A stretch of DNA of 64,000 nucleotides from an uncultured Candidatus Saccharibacteria bacterium (GCA_964361705.1 CAYIBP010000001.1:26727-90726), one strand, 5' to 3'; shown: positions 39,073-49,935, numbered from the stretch's first letter. Notes: generated by a model from the sequence alone, not told the origin. A program made the numbers and translations.

Positions 39073-40977
39073 TTATTTTTTATCCTCCCCTTCTTTAAAT
39101 TCCACATCGTGAACTTCTGGTGGTTGTTCTTCGGCAGTAGTCCCCGTATTAGGATTTGCCTGTCCTGCTTCAGCATTAGCTTTCTGCATGGCTTCGCCTA
39201 TTTTTGACATTTCAGCAGAAAGCTCTTCGGTTGCTTTCTTTATTTTCTCTCCATCAGTACCATCTTTTACTTCTTTCAAACCAGCGATCTTTTTATTCAC
39301 ATTTTCTTTTACATCTGCTGGAAGTTTTGCCTCATTGTCTTTTAGAGCTTTCTCCGCAGTGTACATCATCATCTCTGCAGTATTTTTCACATCAACCAAC
39401 TCTCTCTTTTTCTTGTCTTCCTCTGCGTGAACCTCTGCATCTTGCTGCATTTTCTTTATATCTTCATCTTTGAGTCCAGAGCTTGCCTCTATTCTGATAG
39501 ATTGAGTTTTACCGGAAGCTTTTTCCATGGCTTTCACATTCAATATTCCATTTGCATCTATGTCAAAAGTTACTTCGACTTGAGGCATACCACGTGGAGC
39601 AGGTGGTACACCGTCTAGCACAAAGCGACCGAGGGATTTGTTGTCGGACGCCATTGGACGCTCACCTTGAACTACGTGTATCTCTACAGAAGTCTGATTG
39701 TCTGCGGCGGTAGAAAATACTTGAGATTTTGAAGCAGGGATTGTAGTATTTTTTTCTATCAACTTTGTAGCCACACCTCCCAATGTCTCAATACCCATAG
39801 ATAGAGGTATGACATCCAAGAGCAAGACATCTCGTACATCTCCTGCTAGCACTCCACCCTGGACAGCCGCGCCGAGCGCCACGACTTCGTCTGGGTTGAT
39901 AGACATATTTGGTGTTTTACCAAAAAGATTTTTCACAGCTTCCACCATCATCGGCATTCTGGTCTGACCTCCGACCATGATGATCTCGTTTATTTCATTC
40001 ATTTTGAAAGGAGAAGCTTCCACAGCTCTCTTTGTAATCTCAATAGATCTATCCACGAATTCTTTTGCCAAAGATTCCAATGTCGCGCGAGACATCTTGA
40101 GTAACAAGTGCTTTGGCCCTTCGGCATCAGAAGTAATAAAAGGAATATTTACTTCCGCTTCCATCGTGGTAGAGAGTTCATGTTTCGCCTTTTCAGCTGC
40201 TTCTTTCAGTCTCTGTAATGCGAGTGAATCTTTACGCACATCCACGCCTGATTCCTTTTTGTACTCATCTGCTATCCAATCAATGATCTTGCTATCTATG
40301 TCTTCACCACCCATATGACTGTCGCCATCAGTAGATTTTACTTCGATTACATCTTCTCCTATTTCAAGCACCGACACATCGAATGTTCCACCACCGAAGT
40401 CATATACCACAATCTTTTCATTTTTCTTTTTATTAAAACCATAGGCAAGCGCTGCCGCGGTAGGCTCGTTTATTATTCTCTTTACATCAAGACCGGCTAT
40501 TTGTCCGGCATCTTTTGTCGCCTTTCTTTGCGCGTCGTTGAAATACGCAGGCACAGTGATCACCGCTTCGGTAATCTTAACACCAAGCTTTGCTTCTACA
40601 TCAGCTTTTATTTTCTGCAAGATCATCGCGGAAACTTCTTCAGGACGATAAAACTTGTCGAGCATTTTTACTTTTACACCACCATCTTCACCCGCTTCTA
40701 TTTCGTAAGGAGCGCTCCCTTTGTCTTTTTGAACTCCTGGATCGCTGAACAGATGACCCATAAAACGCTTGATGCCGTAAATGGTATTTTTAGGATTCGT
40801 GACTGCTTGCCTCTTTGCCACTTGTCCCACCACACGACCTCCGCTTTTTGTAATAGCAACTATCGAAGGCGTGGTCCTGTTGCCCTCGACATTTTCAATA
40901 ATCTTTGGCGCGCCACCCTCAATGATAGACACCGCCGAATTTGTTGTACCCAAATCTATTCCTATTATTTTACTCAT
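39073..40977 (-). CDS. dnaK: Chaperone DnaK
   Basis: [41 protein letters not shown]. Confidence 0.98.
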   Translation of the reverse strand: MSKIIGIDLGTTNSAVSIIEGGAPKIIENVEGNRTTPSIVAITKSGGRVVGQVAKRQAVTNPKNTIYGIKRFMGHLFSDPGVQKDKGSAPYEIEAGEDGGVKVKMLDKFYRPEEVSAMILQKIKADVEAKLGVKITEAVITVPAYFNDAQRKATKDAGQIAGLDVKRIINEPTAAALAYGFNKKKNEKIVVYDFGGGTFDVSVLEIGEDVIEVKSTDGDSHMGGEDIDSKIIDWIADEYKKESGVDVRKDSLALQRLKEAAEKAKHELSTTMEAEVNIPFITSDAEGPKHLLLKMSRATLESLAKEFVDRSIEITKRAVEASPFKMNEINEIIMVGGQTRMPMMVEAVKNLFGKTPNMSINPDEVVALGAAVQGGVLAGDVRDVLLLDVIPLSMGIETLGGVATKLIEKNTTIPASKSQVFSTAADNQTSVEIHVVQGERPMASDNKSLGRFVLDGVPPAPRGMPQVEVTFDIDANGILNVKAMEKASGKTQSIRIEASSGLKDEDIKKMQQDAEVHAEEDKKKRELVDVKNTAEMMMYTAEKALKDNEAKLPADVKENVNKKIAGLKEVKDGTDGEKIKKATEELSAEMSKIGEAMQKANAEAGQANPNTGTTAEEQPPEVHDVEFKEGEDKK

Positions 40978-41016
40978 ATTCTTAATATATTATTAATAAT
41001 GCTTGATAATTAAAGA

Positions 41017-41054
41017 TTTAGCAGGCTTTTCGCGGTCGCAAAAAACTTGCTAAA
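41017..41054. promoter_or_regulatory. Imperfect 38-bp inverted repeat between divergent dnaK and PaaX-like gene
   Basis: TTTAGCAGGCTTTTCGCGGTCGCAAAAAACTTGCTAAA. Confidence 0.5.
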
Positions 41055-41080
41055 AACAGTATATATGATAAGATATCCAC

Positions 41081-41614
41081 ATGTCAAGCAAATCTGGATA
41101 TTCCAGTAAAATACTTAAAATATTGGCTGAAAAACCGGCACTTTCTCTGGAAGCTGTAAAAGAAAACTCGAACAAAAAAGACAAAAGAGAAGAGTATTCT
41201 TTAAACAGATCTGTCAAAAGTCTCACTGAAGCCGGCTGTGTTGAAATAATACGCTCAGAACACAAGGATTATTTACGACTCACTAAAAAAGGAAAAAATA
41301 GATTGAATAGTTTGCGTATCGGAGACACAGATGCCTTGGTACCACAAACTTGGGATGGGTTTTGGCGAATTGTGATATTGGATTTACCCGAAGACAGAAA
41401 AAACGAACGCGAATCTTTGCGATACCTTTTGAAAAAAGCAAACTTCGTTTGTGTGAAAAATACTGTTTGGATTTCGCCACACCCATACGAACATCTTTTT
41501 ACAAATATAAAAAAAGATTTAGGACTCTCTACAGAAATGATGATAATAACGACAAACAACCTAGATGAAGAAACTCATAAAGCATTCCTCAAAGAGATAG
41601 GTGGGCAATCTTAA
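41081..41614 (+). CDS. PaaX-like regulator (wHTH + Cas2-like domain), second copy
   Basis: RLTKKG, WDGFWRIVILDLPEDRKNERESLR, TVWISP. Confidence 0.8.
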   Translation: MSSKSGYSSKILKILAEKPALSLEAVKENSNKKDKREEYSLNRSVKSLTEAGCVEIIRSEHKDYLRLTKKGKNRLNSLRIGDTDALVPQTWDGFWRIVILDLPEDRKNERESLRYLLKKANFVCVKNTVWISPHPYEHLFTNIKKDLGLSTEMMIITTNNLDEETHKAFLKEIGGQS

Positions 41615-43332
41615 TACACTTCCCTTTTATAACATTCTTCGCAATAAACTTTTTCGGTTCTGTCTGGAGAATACGGAGTTTCAAATTCGTTTGAGCATTT
41701 TTGATCGTGTCCGTGAGTGGTATTATCGCAAACACAAACTCTGTGCCATAAATTCCTAGGCGTGCGAAGCTTTTGTCTCTCTAAATATCTGCAATCAGGA
41801 CAAAATTCTGGTATCGGAACACTCATTCTTTTGTATAAATCGAATTCAGCTAAAACAATGTTGTAATTTTTGCTACATTTTTTGCAAGCAAGAACTTCTT
41901 TTGTTATTGTATCTGGCGTATTTGAAATACTATCAGGCAAAGTCTTTAAAGTTTCTTTACCAAAAGTACCTCCCAAATCATCTGCCCATTTAAAACCCTT
42001 CTCTAAAGTGTCTTCTTTAGTCAGTGGCATATATACATTGCCCTGCGTTTCGTTGTAACAAATAGGTGAATACTTCGGCGGGAAAAATTCTCCCCATTCG
42101 CCTGTATTCTTCATATGTTCTTTTATCTTTTGTACAAGTTTTTCATATTCTTCTTTGGTGTATTGCTTGTTGAATATACAATAAGAATTCTTTTTCAAGG
42201 CTACGCACCCGAAAAGATTTTGACCGTTGTGACAAGAATCGCAATAATACGCAAAAGTATTGTCGTAGGACAAATTGCAAGAAATCAGGTTAGATGAGCG
42301 CACTATCGCGTGAGAATTATACACGAGTTCTGTTTGTAGCCCCACATGATACACATCCATACAATCTTTTGTATCTGGAGACATCGCAGCAAAATGCACA
42401 TTTTCAGCTCGCTCTATATCAAACACCCTTTTGGAATTCTTGGAATTTAGCACAATATTGCCTGTGCAATCCACCGACTTATCTATCACAGCACACCTGT
42501 GCACCGCCTTTTGTTTTATCATATTTATATACTCCGCGTATAATTTATCTCGCGTAGCTCTGGAACCCAGATACATTTCTTCCATTTTTTTCTTATAGTC
42601 TTCTCTCGTGTATTGTTCATTATTTATACAGTAACTCTTATTGCGCAAGTTGTAACACATAAAACAATTTGAGCAATTCCTGCAATCATAAGAATAAAAA
42701 CAATCAGAACAATCCTTTAAAAACTTTCCGTACTGGCAATTGTAAAGATTCTCTCCATCTATACATTCATAACACATCGAGATATTCATAGGGTTGTAAA
42801 GGCAATCCACGCAGTCTCTGCCCTTCTCCCAAGTATTTGTACAGTAGAGCATATTTTCGCAATTGAACATGCAAAAAGACAGGTAGCAATCTTTATTGTC
42901 GCCAGCGTGATTTGTATAGTCAGAGTTAATAGTATTCTTATTGAGCAAAGCTATCCTCGGACACTCTAGTAACAGATCATAAAACTGTTCAAAAAATGGT
43001 TTTGTAAAATCAAAATCGCGCCCATAGTCAAGCGCGCTCCATTTGTCGCTCCAAAAACACGAAGTGCAAAAAACCTTAAAAGGCTTATCTGGAGAATACA
43101 CTGTCACTATAGACTTGTTGCATAAATTGCACACACCCCTATACAGCCTCCTTTCATTCCTAAAAGCATATCTGATCTGTTGCCTGCAATCAGGGCATTT
43201 GTCCGGCACCGGCACATCCATCTTTTTATAAAAAGCAAAATGATCCGGCTCGATGGTAAAGCTAGCCTTGCAACTCTGACAAGTCGCGGACACTGAGTTT
43301 GACGAATGTGTTTTAGTTTCCTGTTTCTCCAT
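41611..43332 (-). CDS. Cys-rich zinc-ribbon/solenoid protein, paralog A
   Basis: Start MEKQETK overlapping grpE end; same architecture; ends KVYCEECYKREVY. Confidence 0.8.
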   Translation of the reverse strand: MEKQETKTHSSNSVSATCQSCKASFTIEPDHFAFYKKMDVPVPDKCPDCRQQIRYAFRNERRLYRGVCNLCNKSIVTVYSPDKPFKVFCTSCFWSDKWSALDYGRDFDFTKPFFEQFYDLLLECPRIALLNKNTINSDYTNHAGDNKDCYLSFCMFNCENMLYCTNTWEKGRDCVDCLYNPMNISMCYECIDGENLYNCQYGKFLKDCSDCFYSYDCRNCSNCFMCYNLRNKSYCINNEQYTREDYKKKMEEMYLGSRATRDKLYAEYINMIKQKAVHRCAVIDKSVDCTGNIVLNSKNSKRVFDIERAENVHFAAMSPDTKDCMDVYHVGLQTELVYNSHAIVRSSNLISCNLSYDNTFAYYCDSCHNGQNLFGCVALKKNSYCIFNKQYTKEEYEKLVQKIKEHMKNTGEWGEFFPPKYSPICYNETQGNVYMPLTKEDTLEKGFKWADDLGGTFGKETLKTLPDSISNTPDTITKEVLACKKCSKNYNIVLAEFDLYKRMSVPIPEFCPDCRYLERQKLRTPRNLWHRVCVCDNTTHGHDQKCSNEFETPYSPDRTEKVYCEECYKREVY

Positions 43333-43966
43333 TGTATTCAAAAACATTGACGCGTGCTGGACGCAAAACTCTTTCACCCAGCTTGTAACCCTTTTGAATC
43401 ACTACGGAAATTTTATGATTGTCTTCTTGTTTATCGGTAGCAGTAATATCCATAGATTGATGAAGATTTGGATCAAAATCCTCGCCCACACGACCTATCT
43501 CTTTCACACCATATTCTTCAAAAATAGTATTGAGTTGAGAGTAAATATATTCCACTCCCTTGCGCCAATTTTGATCTACTTTTTCCCATGCTTCTTTGTT
43601 GGCAAAAGCCATATTAAAACTATCAATCACGGACAAAAATCTGGTCAACATGCGCTCACGCATAGCTTCTGAGAAGACTGCTTTTCTGTCTTCCTCTTGT
43701 TTCTTGAAATTCGCAAAATCTGCCCGCTCTTTCTGCCAACCTGTCAAATATTCTTCTTTTTCAGATTTTACCTGTTTCAGATCAGCTCGCAATTTCTTGA
43801 TAGTCTTTTTCAAGTCTTCTTCGCCGTCTTCATTGAACTCGAATTCGAGCACCTCTGTATCATCAGAAACACCAGAGGCGCCATCATCTGTTTCTTTCCC
43901 CTCTCCCGCGGGAGAAGAGCTTTGTATTTCATCGTCTGTTATTTCCTTAGAATCTTCGTCTGCCAT
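43313..43966 (-). CDS. grpE: Nucleotide exchange factor GrpE
   Basis: ERADFANFKK, FDPNLHQ, QKGYKLGERVLRPARV. Confidence 0.95.
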   Translation of the reverse strand: MADEDSKEITDDEIQSSSPAGEGKETDDGASGVSDDTEVLEFEFNEDGEEDLKKTIKKLRADLKQVKSEKEEYLTGWQKERADFANFKKQEEDRKAVFSEAMRERMLTRFLSVIDSFNMAFANKEAWEKVDQNWRKGVEYIYSQLNTIFEEYGVKEIGRVGEDFDPNLHQSMDITATDKQEDNHKISVVIQKGYKLGERVLRPARVNVFEYNGETGN

Positions 43967-44024
43967 ACAAGCATATTAACACAAAAATCCCTCTTTTTTC
44001 AAGAGGGATTTTTGTGCGTTAAAA
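43964..44024. repeat. 61-bp direct repeat copy 1 (terminator hairpin + grpE promoter/start)
   Basis: 60/61 identical to 45026-45086; contains CACAAAAATCCCTC..GAGGGATTTTTGTG hairpin. Confidence 0.9.
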
Positions 44025-44065
44025 CCAAAATATTTATCTTTACAAATCAAAGATACTTGACCTAT

Positions 44066-44686
44066 TTATTCTATTTTTACACTTTCTTTAAACACAGGGA
44101 TCACATCGAGGTATTTTGAAAAATGATTTTGACAGACATATACCCACTTGAGCTTCATTTCTTCATCACAAAGTACAGGTACGACCATGTGACCATTCTT
44201 CATGCGAGCAATAGACTTAAATAAAATTATCCTTCTGTTTTCACGATGATGTTTGAGATATTTTCTTATAATTTTAAACCATTCTATTCTTTTCTTGTAG
44301 ACTTCCTCAGGATCGCCATCTTTTGAAATGTCCTCTCCCTGCATTAAAGCGATTCCTTCTCTTATCCCGAGACATTTATCAAGCAATCCTTTATCTTTGA
44401 TATATTCATATACTTTATTGATATATAAAACTGTTAAGGCTTCCGGAATCTGACAGGTGTCAATATCTGAAAGAGAAAATTCACTTGGACCGACAGATTT
44501 AATATCTGGATGAACGAGTCTATTGATCCCAGTATAATATATGGGGTTAGGAAATAAAATTTCTGGGACTTTTAGTCTCATATTAAAAATCGCAGAGTGT
44601 TGCTCCTTTAGTTTCAACCTTCCTGCCTTTATTTTCTCTTTATTTTTAGCATCAATAATTGAAACAACGTCAATACTTTCATCCAT
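44066..44686 (-). CDS. Hypothetical protein (orphan cargo)
   Basis: ORF from MDESIDVV with TATTAT-N6-ATG; no recognised family. Confidence 0.6.
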   Translation of the reverse strand: MDESIDVVSIIDAKNKEKIKAGRLKLKEQHSAIFNMRLKVPEILFPNPIYYTGINRLVHPDIKSVGPSEFSLSDIDTCQIPEALTVLYINKVYEYIKDKGLLDKCLGIREGIALMQGEDISKDGDPEEVYKKRIEWFKIIRKYLKHHRENRRIILFKSIARMKNGHMVVPVLCDEEMKLKWVYVCQNHFSKYLDVIPVFKESVKIE

Positions 44687-44728
44687 ATTGGTATAATAGC
44701 TCCGATTCAACTATAAGGCAACGATGTC

Positions 44729-44898
44729 GCGGAAGTCCGACTTCCGCAAATCTTTCGCAAATTCAAAAGAATAAAAGAATAAGATAAGAGATAAGGAGAT
44801 AAGGGGACAGCCACCATTCTTTTTCCACTCTTTATTAATGTTACCCTTTTAAATTATTAAAAACAATGGTGGCTGACCCCAATATCTGACCCCAATAT
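44729..44898. repeat. Cluster of REP/REPIN-like sequences with stuttered ends
   Basis: GCGGAAGTC-C-GACTTCCGC (44729-44747); IR pair GGGGACAGCCACCATT (44803-44818)/AATGGTGGCTGACCCC (44865-44880); tandem CTGACCCCAATAT x2. Confidence 0.7.
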
Positions 44899-44902
44899 CC
44901 CC

Positions 44903-45028
44903 TTCCTCACCGTCTTCATTAAACTCGAAGTCCAAAACTTCAGAGTCATCTACCTCTTTTTCACTAACTTCACTGTCCTTTGCAGTTTCCTCTATTTCCT
45001 CTTCATTTGTGTCCTTTTCGTCTGTCAT
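44903..45028 (-). pseudogene. Displaced, diverged 5' fragment of grpE
   Basis: MTDEKDTNEEEIEETAKDSEVSEKEVDDSEVLDFEFNEDGEE versus GrpE MADED...DDTEVLEFEFNEDGEE. Confidence 0.85.
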
Positions 45029-45086
45029 ACAAGCATATTAGCACAAAAATCCCTCTTTTTTCAAGAGGGATTTTTGTGCGTTAAAA
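45026..45086. repeat. 61-bp direct repeat copy 2 (terminator of the lipase array + grpE-type promoter)
   Basis: 60/61 identical to 43964-44024. Confidence 0.9.
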
Positions 45087-45115
45087 TAAATTTAAGTTTA
45101 TAAATCCAAGTTGCA

Positions 45116-45982
45116 TTAGATAGGACAAACCGTTATTCCAGTTTTTCTTTTTAAAAGTTTCTGCATATTACCAAGTCCTTCTACTACGGCATCTATCCGA
45201 TCTTGAGAATCCTCCTCAGTTACTTTATTTTGAGCTATAAATTCTTTATACGCATTCCAACTTTCTTCGGTAAGACGACAAGAAGACGATTCGGTGTACG
45301 CCAACAAAACTCCGTTATAAGAATTCAAATTACCTTTTCTTACCAATTTACTTTGTCCTATTTTTAGATTATTTGAAGCTTGATCTACTTCATCTTGAGT
45401 ATTATCTTCTGTAACCAAATTAGATTTTATAACTTCCTGATATTCAGCCCAACTTTTTTTGGTATATCTTTCTGAAGGTAATTGATCATATTTGTAACCA
45501 GGAATTAAAGTATAATCATAATTTGCCAAAACTGCTTGGTATTCAGATAAATCTGGGATAGGTTGATCGCACGATAAACGCCTTATTCTTAATCTTGTTT
45601 TTAAATCTGCTAAACCACTAATTTCTAAATTGTTACTCTTTTGGAAAGACTTAACCGCTCTCAAAGTCATTGGGCCAAACACACCATCATTTTTACCGCT
45701 TAAATATTTTTTTGATTTAAGAAATTTCTGTAAGAAATATACAGGTCCATTGGCATTTTTGTCCCTATCTTTGTAGGTAATGTCTTGAGTAAGATCGATG
45801 CAACTCTCATCGTAACCTGAAACTACAATGTTTGACACTGAAGGATATGCAGCGCAAGGCATACCTGTCAAGTTGCTGTATTTATAACCCATGGAACAAG
45901 AATCTATTTCTGCTGCCTTTGTTTGACCAGCAAATGTGAATAAAACAAAAAGCAAAAGCACTAATGAAATATTCTTTTTCAT
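45116..45982 (-). CDS. Secreted protein with peptidoglycan-binding domain and FIVAR-like helical repeats
   Basis: Signal peptide ..QTKA; VYFLQKFL..DGVFGPMTLRAVKSFQ..SG; YT..SW..Y...TQDEVD repeats shared with the 2367-aa protein. Confidence 0.8.
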   Translation of the reverse strand: MKKNISLVLLLFVLFTFAGQTKAAEIDSCSMGYKYSNLTGMPCAAYPSVSNIVVSGYDESCIDLTQDITYKDRDKNANGPVYFLQKFLKSKKYLSGKNDGVFGPMTLRAVKSFQKSNNLEISGLADLKTRLRIRRLSCDQPIPDLSEYQAVLANYDYTLIPGYKYDQLPSERYTKKSWAEYQEVIKSNLVTEDNTQDEVDQASNNLKIGQSKLVRKGNLNSYNGVLLAYTESSSCRLTEESWNAYKEFIAQNKVTEEDSQDRIDAVVEGLGNMQKLLKRKTGITVCPI

Positions 45983-45983
45983 A

Positions 45984-46439
45984 TTATTTTTCAATCGAAT
46001 TATTTGATAATGCGTCTGTTTTTTCTTTTTTGAGGGATTTTGAAATTATCAGAGAGAGAGAGAGCCATGTACACAAAACAAAACCCGAAAGCGATAGCTT
46101 CCTTATCTAGACTAATAAATTGATCTCTAATACTCCAAGGGGTAATAATAACGATTATAATATATATATATATATATTAGTAAACCTTCTCCAGAAAATA
46201 AAAACTGATTCTTTTAATTTTAAGACAATCAAAGAAAAGACAAGAATTGGAACAGAAATCATCGTAAATATTAAAAACAAATCGAAAGCTTTATTGCATA
46301 TATTATAGATATTTGTTTTTTGACAAAAATCGAAAAAATAATATGGCATTATAAAACGAAAAACAATAAACACTATAGATAAAACAAAGGAAATTGTAGT
46401 TATCTTTTCTTTTGTAAACCACTCAAGTAATTTCTTCAT
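45984..46439 (-). pseudogene. 4-TM partner (candidate immunity) gene 3, frameshifted at (AT)9 and (AG)7 tracts
   Basis: MKKLLEWFTK..WRRFT; after (AT)9 at 46160-46177 another frame gives IVIITPWSIRDQFISLDKEAIAFGFCFVYMALS; after (AG)7 at 46051-46064 LIISKSLKKEK, matching the paralogs. Confidence 0.8.
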
Positions 46440-46445
46440 AAAATT

Positions 46446-49400
46446 TTAGTTAAATATTAATGTCTGCAAATCAAAAGAAACTGGTAAATATAGTGTGGTA
46501 TTTTCTTTCGGTTCGACTTCTAATTTTTTTGTCTCTGAAATGATTCCGTTAATTTCTTTATCTACATCTAATAATATCATTTCTTGGTTGTTTCCATCTA
46601 TGTTTACTGTGTATTGAACTCCTTCTTTTACAGATATATATTTAGTATTTCCTACTTCCATATATCTTGAATTTGGTATTTCTTCAAATACTTGATTGGT
46701 AGCTTTGTCAAAACCTGTTTTCTTGCCTGTACTGTCCACGATATACATATCACCACCGGAATAGAGATTTAGAACGATGTCAGTGTTTATTTCTGAGAGC
46801 AAGGTTGTGGGACGAGAATTTATTACAATACTTTCTGGATCAGAAAAAGTGTTATTTTGTATTTTTGCCTTTATAAAATTTCTTAGGTTTGAAATTTCCA
46901 AGATATCTTTGTGAGTTCTGTCCTTTGGAAAACTATCCTCTTTCTTCAAATCCACCCACCACCTCTCTACTTTATCAGATGCATTCATCCATAGAGCAGA
47001 TGAAGTGGCTACTGTCTGATCTCCTTCAAAAGTAGTTTTTGTTTTCGAATGAAATTTATCTTTATCAACAATATAATCTATCCCCGCCAAGGTCTTTTCC
47101 CCCCCATCCACCAACTTGTATCACTTTCGTATTTTCTGGAGCTTGCCAGTTATCAAGTATTTGATGCACTTGTTCCGCGTTGTTGTACAAAGTTTCGTTT
47201 CCATTGTTTGGATTGTCCAAATCATCTCCTGTTGGTTTTTCTCTCCCCTCTTTACCAAGAATGAAATCTTTAAACTCCGTGAAATTTGATATTTCATTTC
47301 CGTATTTTTCTGTTTGTTTTGAAAAAAGTTCGTGATTTGGGAAAGTAATTATCTTGTTTAGATTTAAACTAGGATCACCTTGAATATCGAAATATTCCTT
47401 TGAAGGAAGGAGGTTGTATGTTGTGGGCATATTTTCTGCGAGGTATCTTTGGTTTGTGGCAGTCATAACAACACCGTATACTAACCTAGTTCCATGCAGA
47501 AGAGAAAGAAATCCCTCCGGCGTTCCCACTTGTGGTGTAGCTACGAATATCACTTTATCTATTTTATCATACAGTGGATCGTTTTGATCTTTGAGTTTCT
47601 GTATTAATGCCTTGATGACTAGTCCACCATTTGAGTGTCCTATCAGTGTGACTTTTCCTGATTTTGAATTTGATTGCAAATCTCGAAGTTTCTTGAGTAT
47701 GAAAGATTCTGAGAAAGTTTGATCTTCTGTGTATGAGAGTTTGCCTCTTTCTTTTACTTTTCCGTTTGTGATAATGTCATCTAGTGATAAACGCCAATCG
47801 TAAGGAATAAAAGCATAATCATTTATGGTCTTATCTTTTTCTTTCCAGTCTCGTAGATCATCTATGAATGACTGGTAAATATTAATACCATAAGCATCAT
47901 CAACGATTCCTGTTTCATCTGAAAATGAATCGTTTACTGTATCATTTTTAGTGTAAAGGTCTAAAACCTTTTTGCCATTTTCATTCAACGCCATTCTCTT
48001 TTGTTCATCGGGTAAAATTCTGATGGAAACCCACAACTCTTTATCTTCAACGCAATTCATAAACAGATCTTCACAATAATCGGCTGATGGTCCTGGCAGA
48101 GCCTTTACCTCCTCATACAACCTCGAACCCATGATCCCAGGGAAGAACATTACATTTGAGAAACAATCTGTGGTGCAAATAACAGGTGCGACTTCTTGTT
48201 GTTTAGTTTTAAAGTATAGTTTTTCTGACAACCATCCACCTTGGTTTTGAGCGTCTTTCGCTCTGACATGCCAATAGTACAATGATCCTGGATTAAGATT
48301 TGCTGTGTATGAATTTGTGGATATGTCTTCCTTGTCTACTTCAAGGTTTCCTGTAGTCATGTTGCGGACATACAAAGCATATTTTGAAGCTCCGGGTACA
48401 GTGTTCCATGAGAATGCTTGGGTGGTACTTGATATTTCTGGAACAGATGAATTTTTTGCTGTTTCATCTGATGAGAAATACTTACCTGGGGATATTTGTT
48501 CTGGATTCGGTAAATATATATTCTTTGGAGTACAAAGACCATTTAATTCAAATTGGTTCAGATCAAACTCTGATAGAGTAGATGAACAAGCAGGTAACAC
48601 CTTGAATTCATTCGATGTTGCTGTAGCAGAATTGTATGTCGCTGTTAGTTTTACTTGATTTATAGCAGAAGTGAGTTTTACTTTTCCAGAATATTGATTG
48701 CTCTGTATTGTTACAGATTTTGGGTAGATATTTCCCATACTAGATGACAGAGAAATATTTGAACCATTTGGGATATTTTGAGTGTTCAAAATGATATCAA
48801 ATTCAGAACCATTTTGAACTTGAGAAATGTTGTTCCAAGATACTGTGGAGACTCCTGGAGGTGGTGGTGGAATTTCTTTCTTGTTCACAGTGATTGTGAT
48901 GTCTTGTGTGACAGCTTGGCTATTTGATCCTAAACATCTAAAAGTAAATGTCGTAGTCTGATACATCGGTCCGATGTTGTAAGTGGTATTGTGCAAAGGG
49001 TAATTTACTAATCCTGCCCCAGAAATATCACAGGAAGAAGTGTTGGTGCTAGAAAGGGTAAATGTTCCATTCTGTCCTTCTTCCACTGTTTGAGTGGTTG
49101 GAGTTACAGAGATGGTAGGAGTAGCAGGTTCATTGTTTACTATGTAAAAATACCATCTATCTGTGAACCATCCAGAACGACCGAGTGAGTCGTGAGCGTT
49201 TGCGTTCCAGCCGTAACTATGTCCTTTTTGAAGATTTACTGTGCAAGAAGTGGTAGCCAGATTTTGACATACAGGTAATAGTAATCCTCCGTTGTAATAA
49301 TCACGAATATTAATATCGTAAGTGGAAGCTCCTACTGAAGGAGTGATAGTGAATGTTTGGGTTGAAGTCATGACTGAAGCACCATCATCGGGAGAAATTA

Positions 49401-49912
49401 GAAATGGTTCCTTTAGATTTGGGTTTGCAGGAGCACAGAGGCCTTCGAGTTTGAATGTTTTCTTTTTGTTTAGATCTATTTTTAATGTTTCCTGTTCTTT
49501 GTTTAAATGTTCATATTCCCCTTCTTCTGCTAGACAGCTTAAGCTAGAGGAAGCGGTGAAGGAGGAGGTACCTACTGTTTGGCCGTTGTATTTTGCTGTG
49601 ATAGTGACGGGTCCATAGGCTGAAGTGATTGTAAACTCTTCGTAGTAGTTCGGATATGGTGGACGGATTGAATTCGGAGAAAGATTGCCCATCGAAAGGT
49701 GTAGGGTTATCTCCTCGGACTGGCTTTCATTTACGGGGATGCCTTCCGTTTTAAAATTGATGAGAAATGTGTCTCCGTTTCTTATGTTTCCAATGTTACC
49801 AAAGGTGACCTTTGGTGTGGTGTTTGAGACATTTACGGTGAAGGGTTGCTGGGCAAAGACTTGTAGTGGTGAAAGTATGAATATGAGAAGAAGGAATGTG
49901 GAAAGGAGATTT

Positions 49913-49935
<23 letters not shown>
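46446..49935 (-). pseudogene. Secreted lipase module 3 (signal peptide, Ig/Fn3-like repeats, LCAT-like hydrolase), split by +1 G in a G7 run
   Basis: ORFs 49935-47065 and 47114-46446 join to GGWGEKTLAGI if C7 at 47099-47105 were C6, as in module 2; PGIMGS, PYDWRL, GHSNGG, GDQTV. Confidence 0.85.

Noticed and set aside
40315-41013. 232-aa ORF antisense to dnaK (likewise 34916-35632, 30372-30884, 30969-31544 and other shadow ORFs)
   Set aside because: Almost entirely overlap confident genes on the opposite strand and show no motifs; typical codon-bias shadows
41017-41054. Canonical CIRCE element
   Set aside because: TTAGCA/TGCTAA are separated by 24 bp rather than 15, and the CTC/GAG inner bases are absent; kept only as an unexplained repeat
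46446-47114. Independent 222-aa gene
   Set aside because: It is the frameshifted C-terminus of lipase module 3, containing the catalytic Asp/His region
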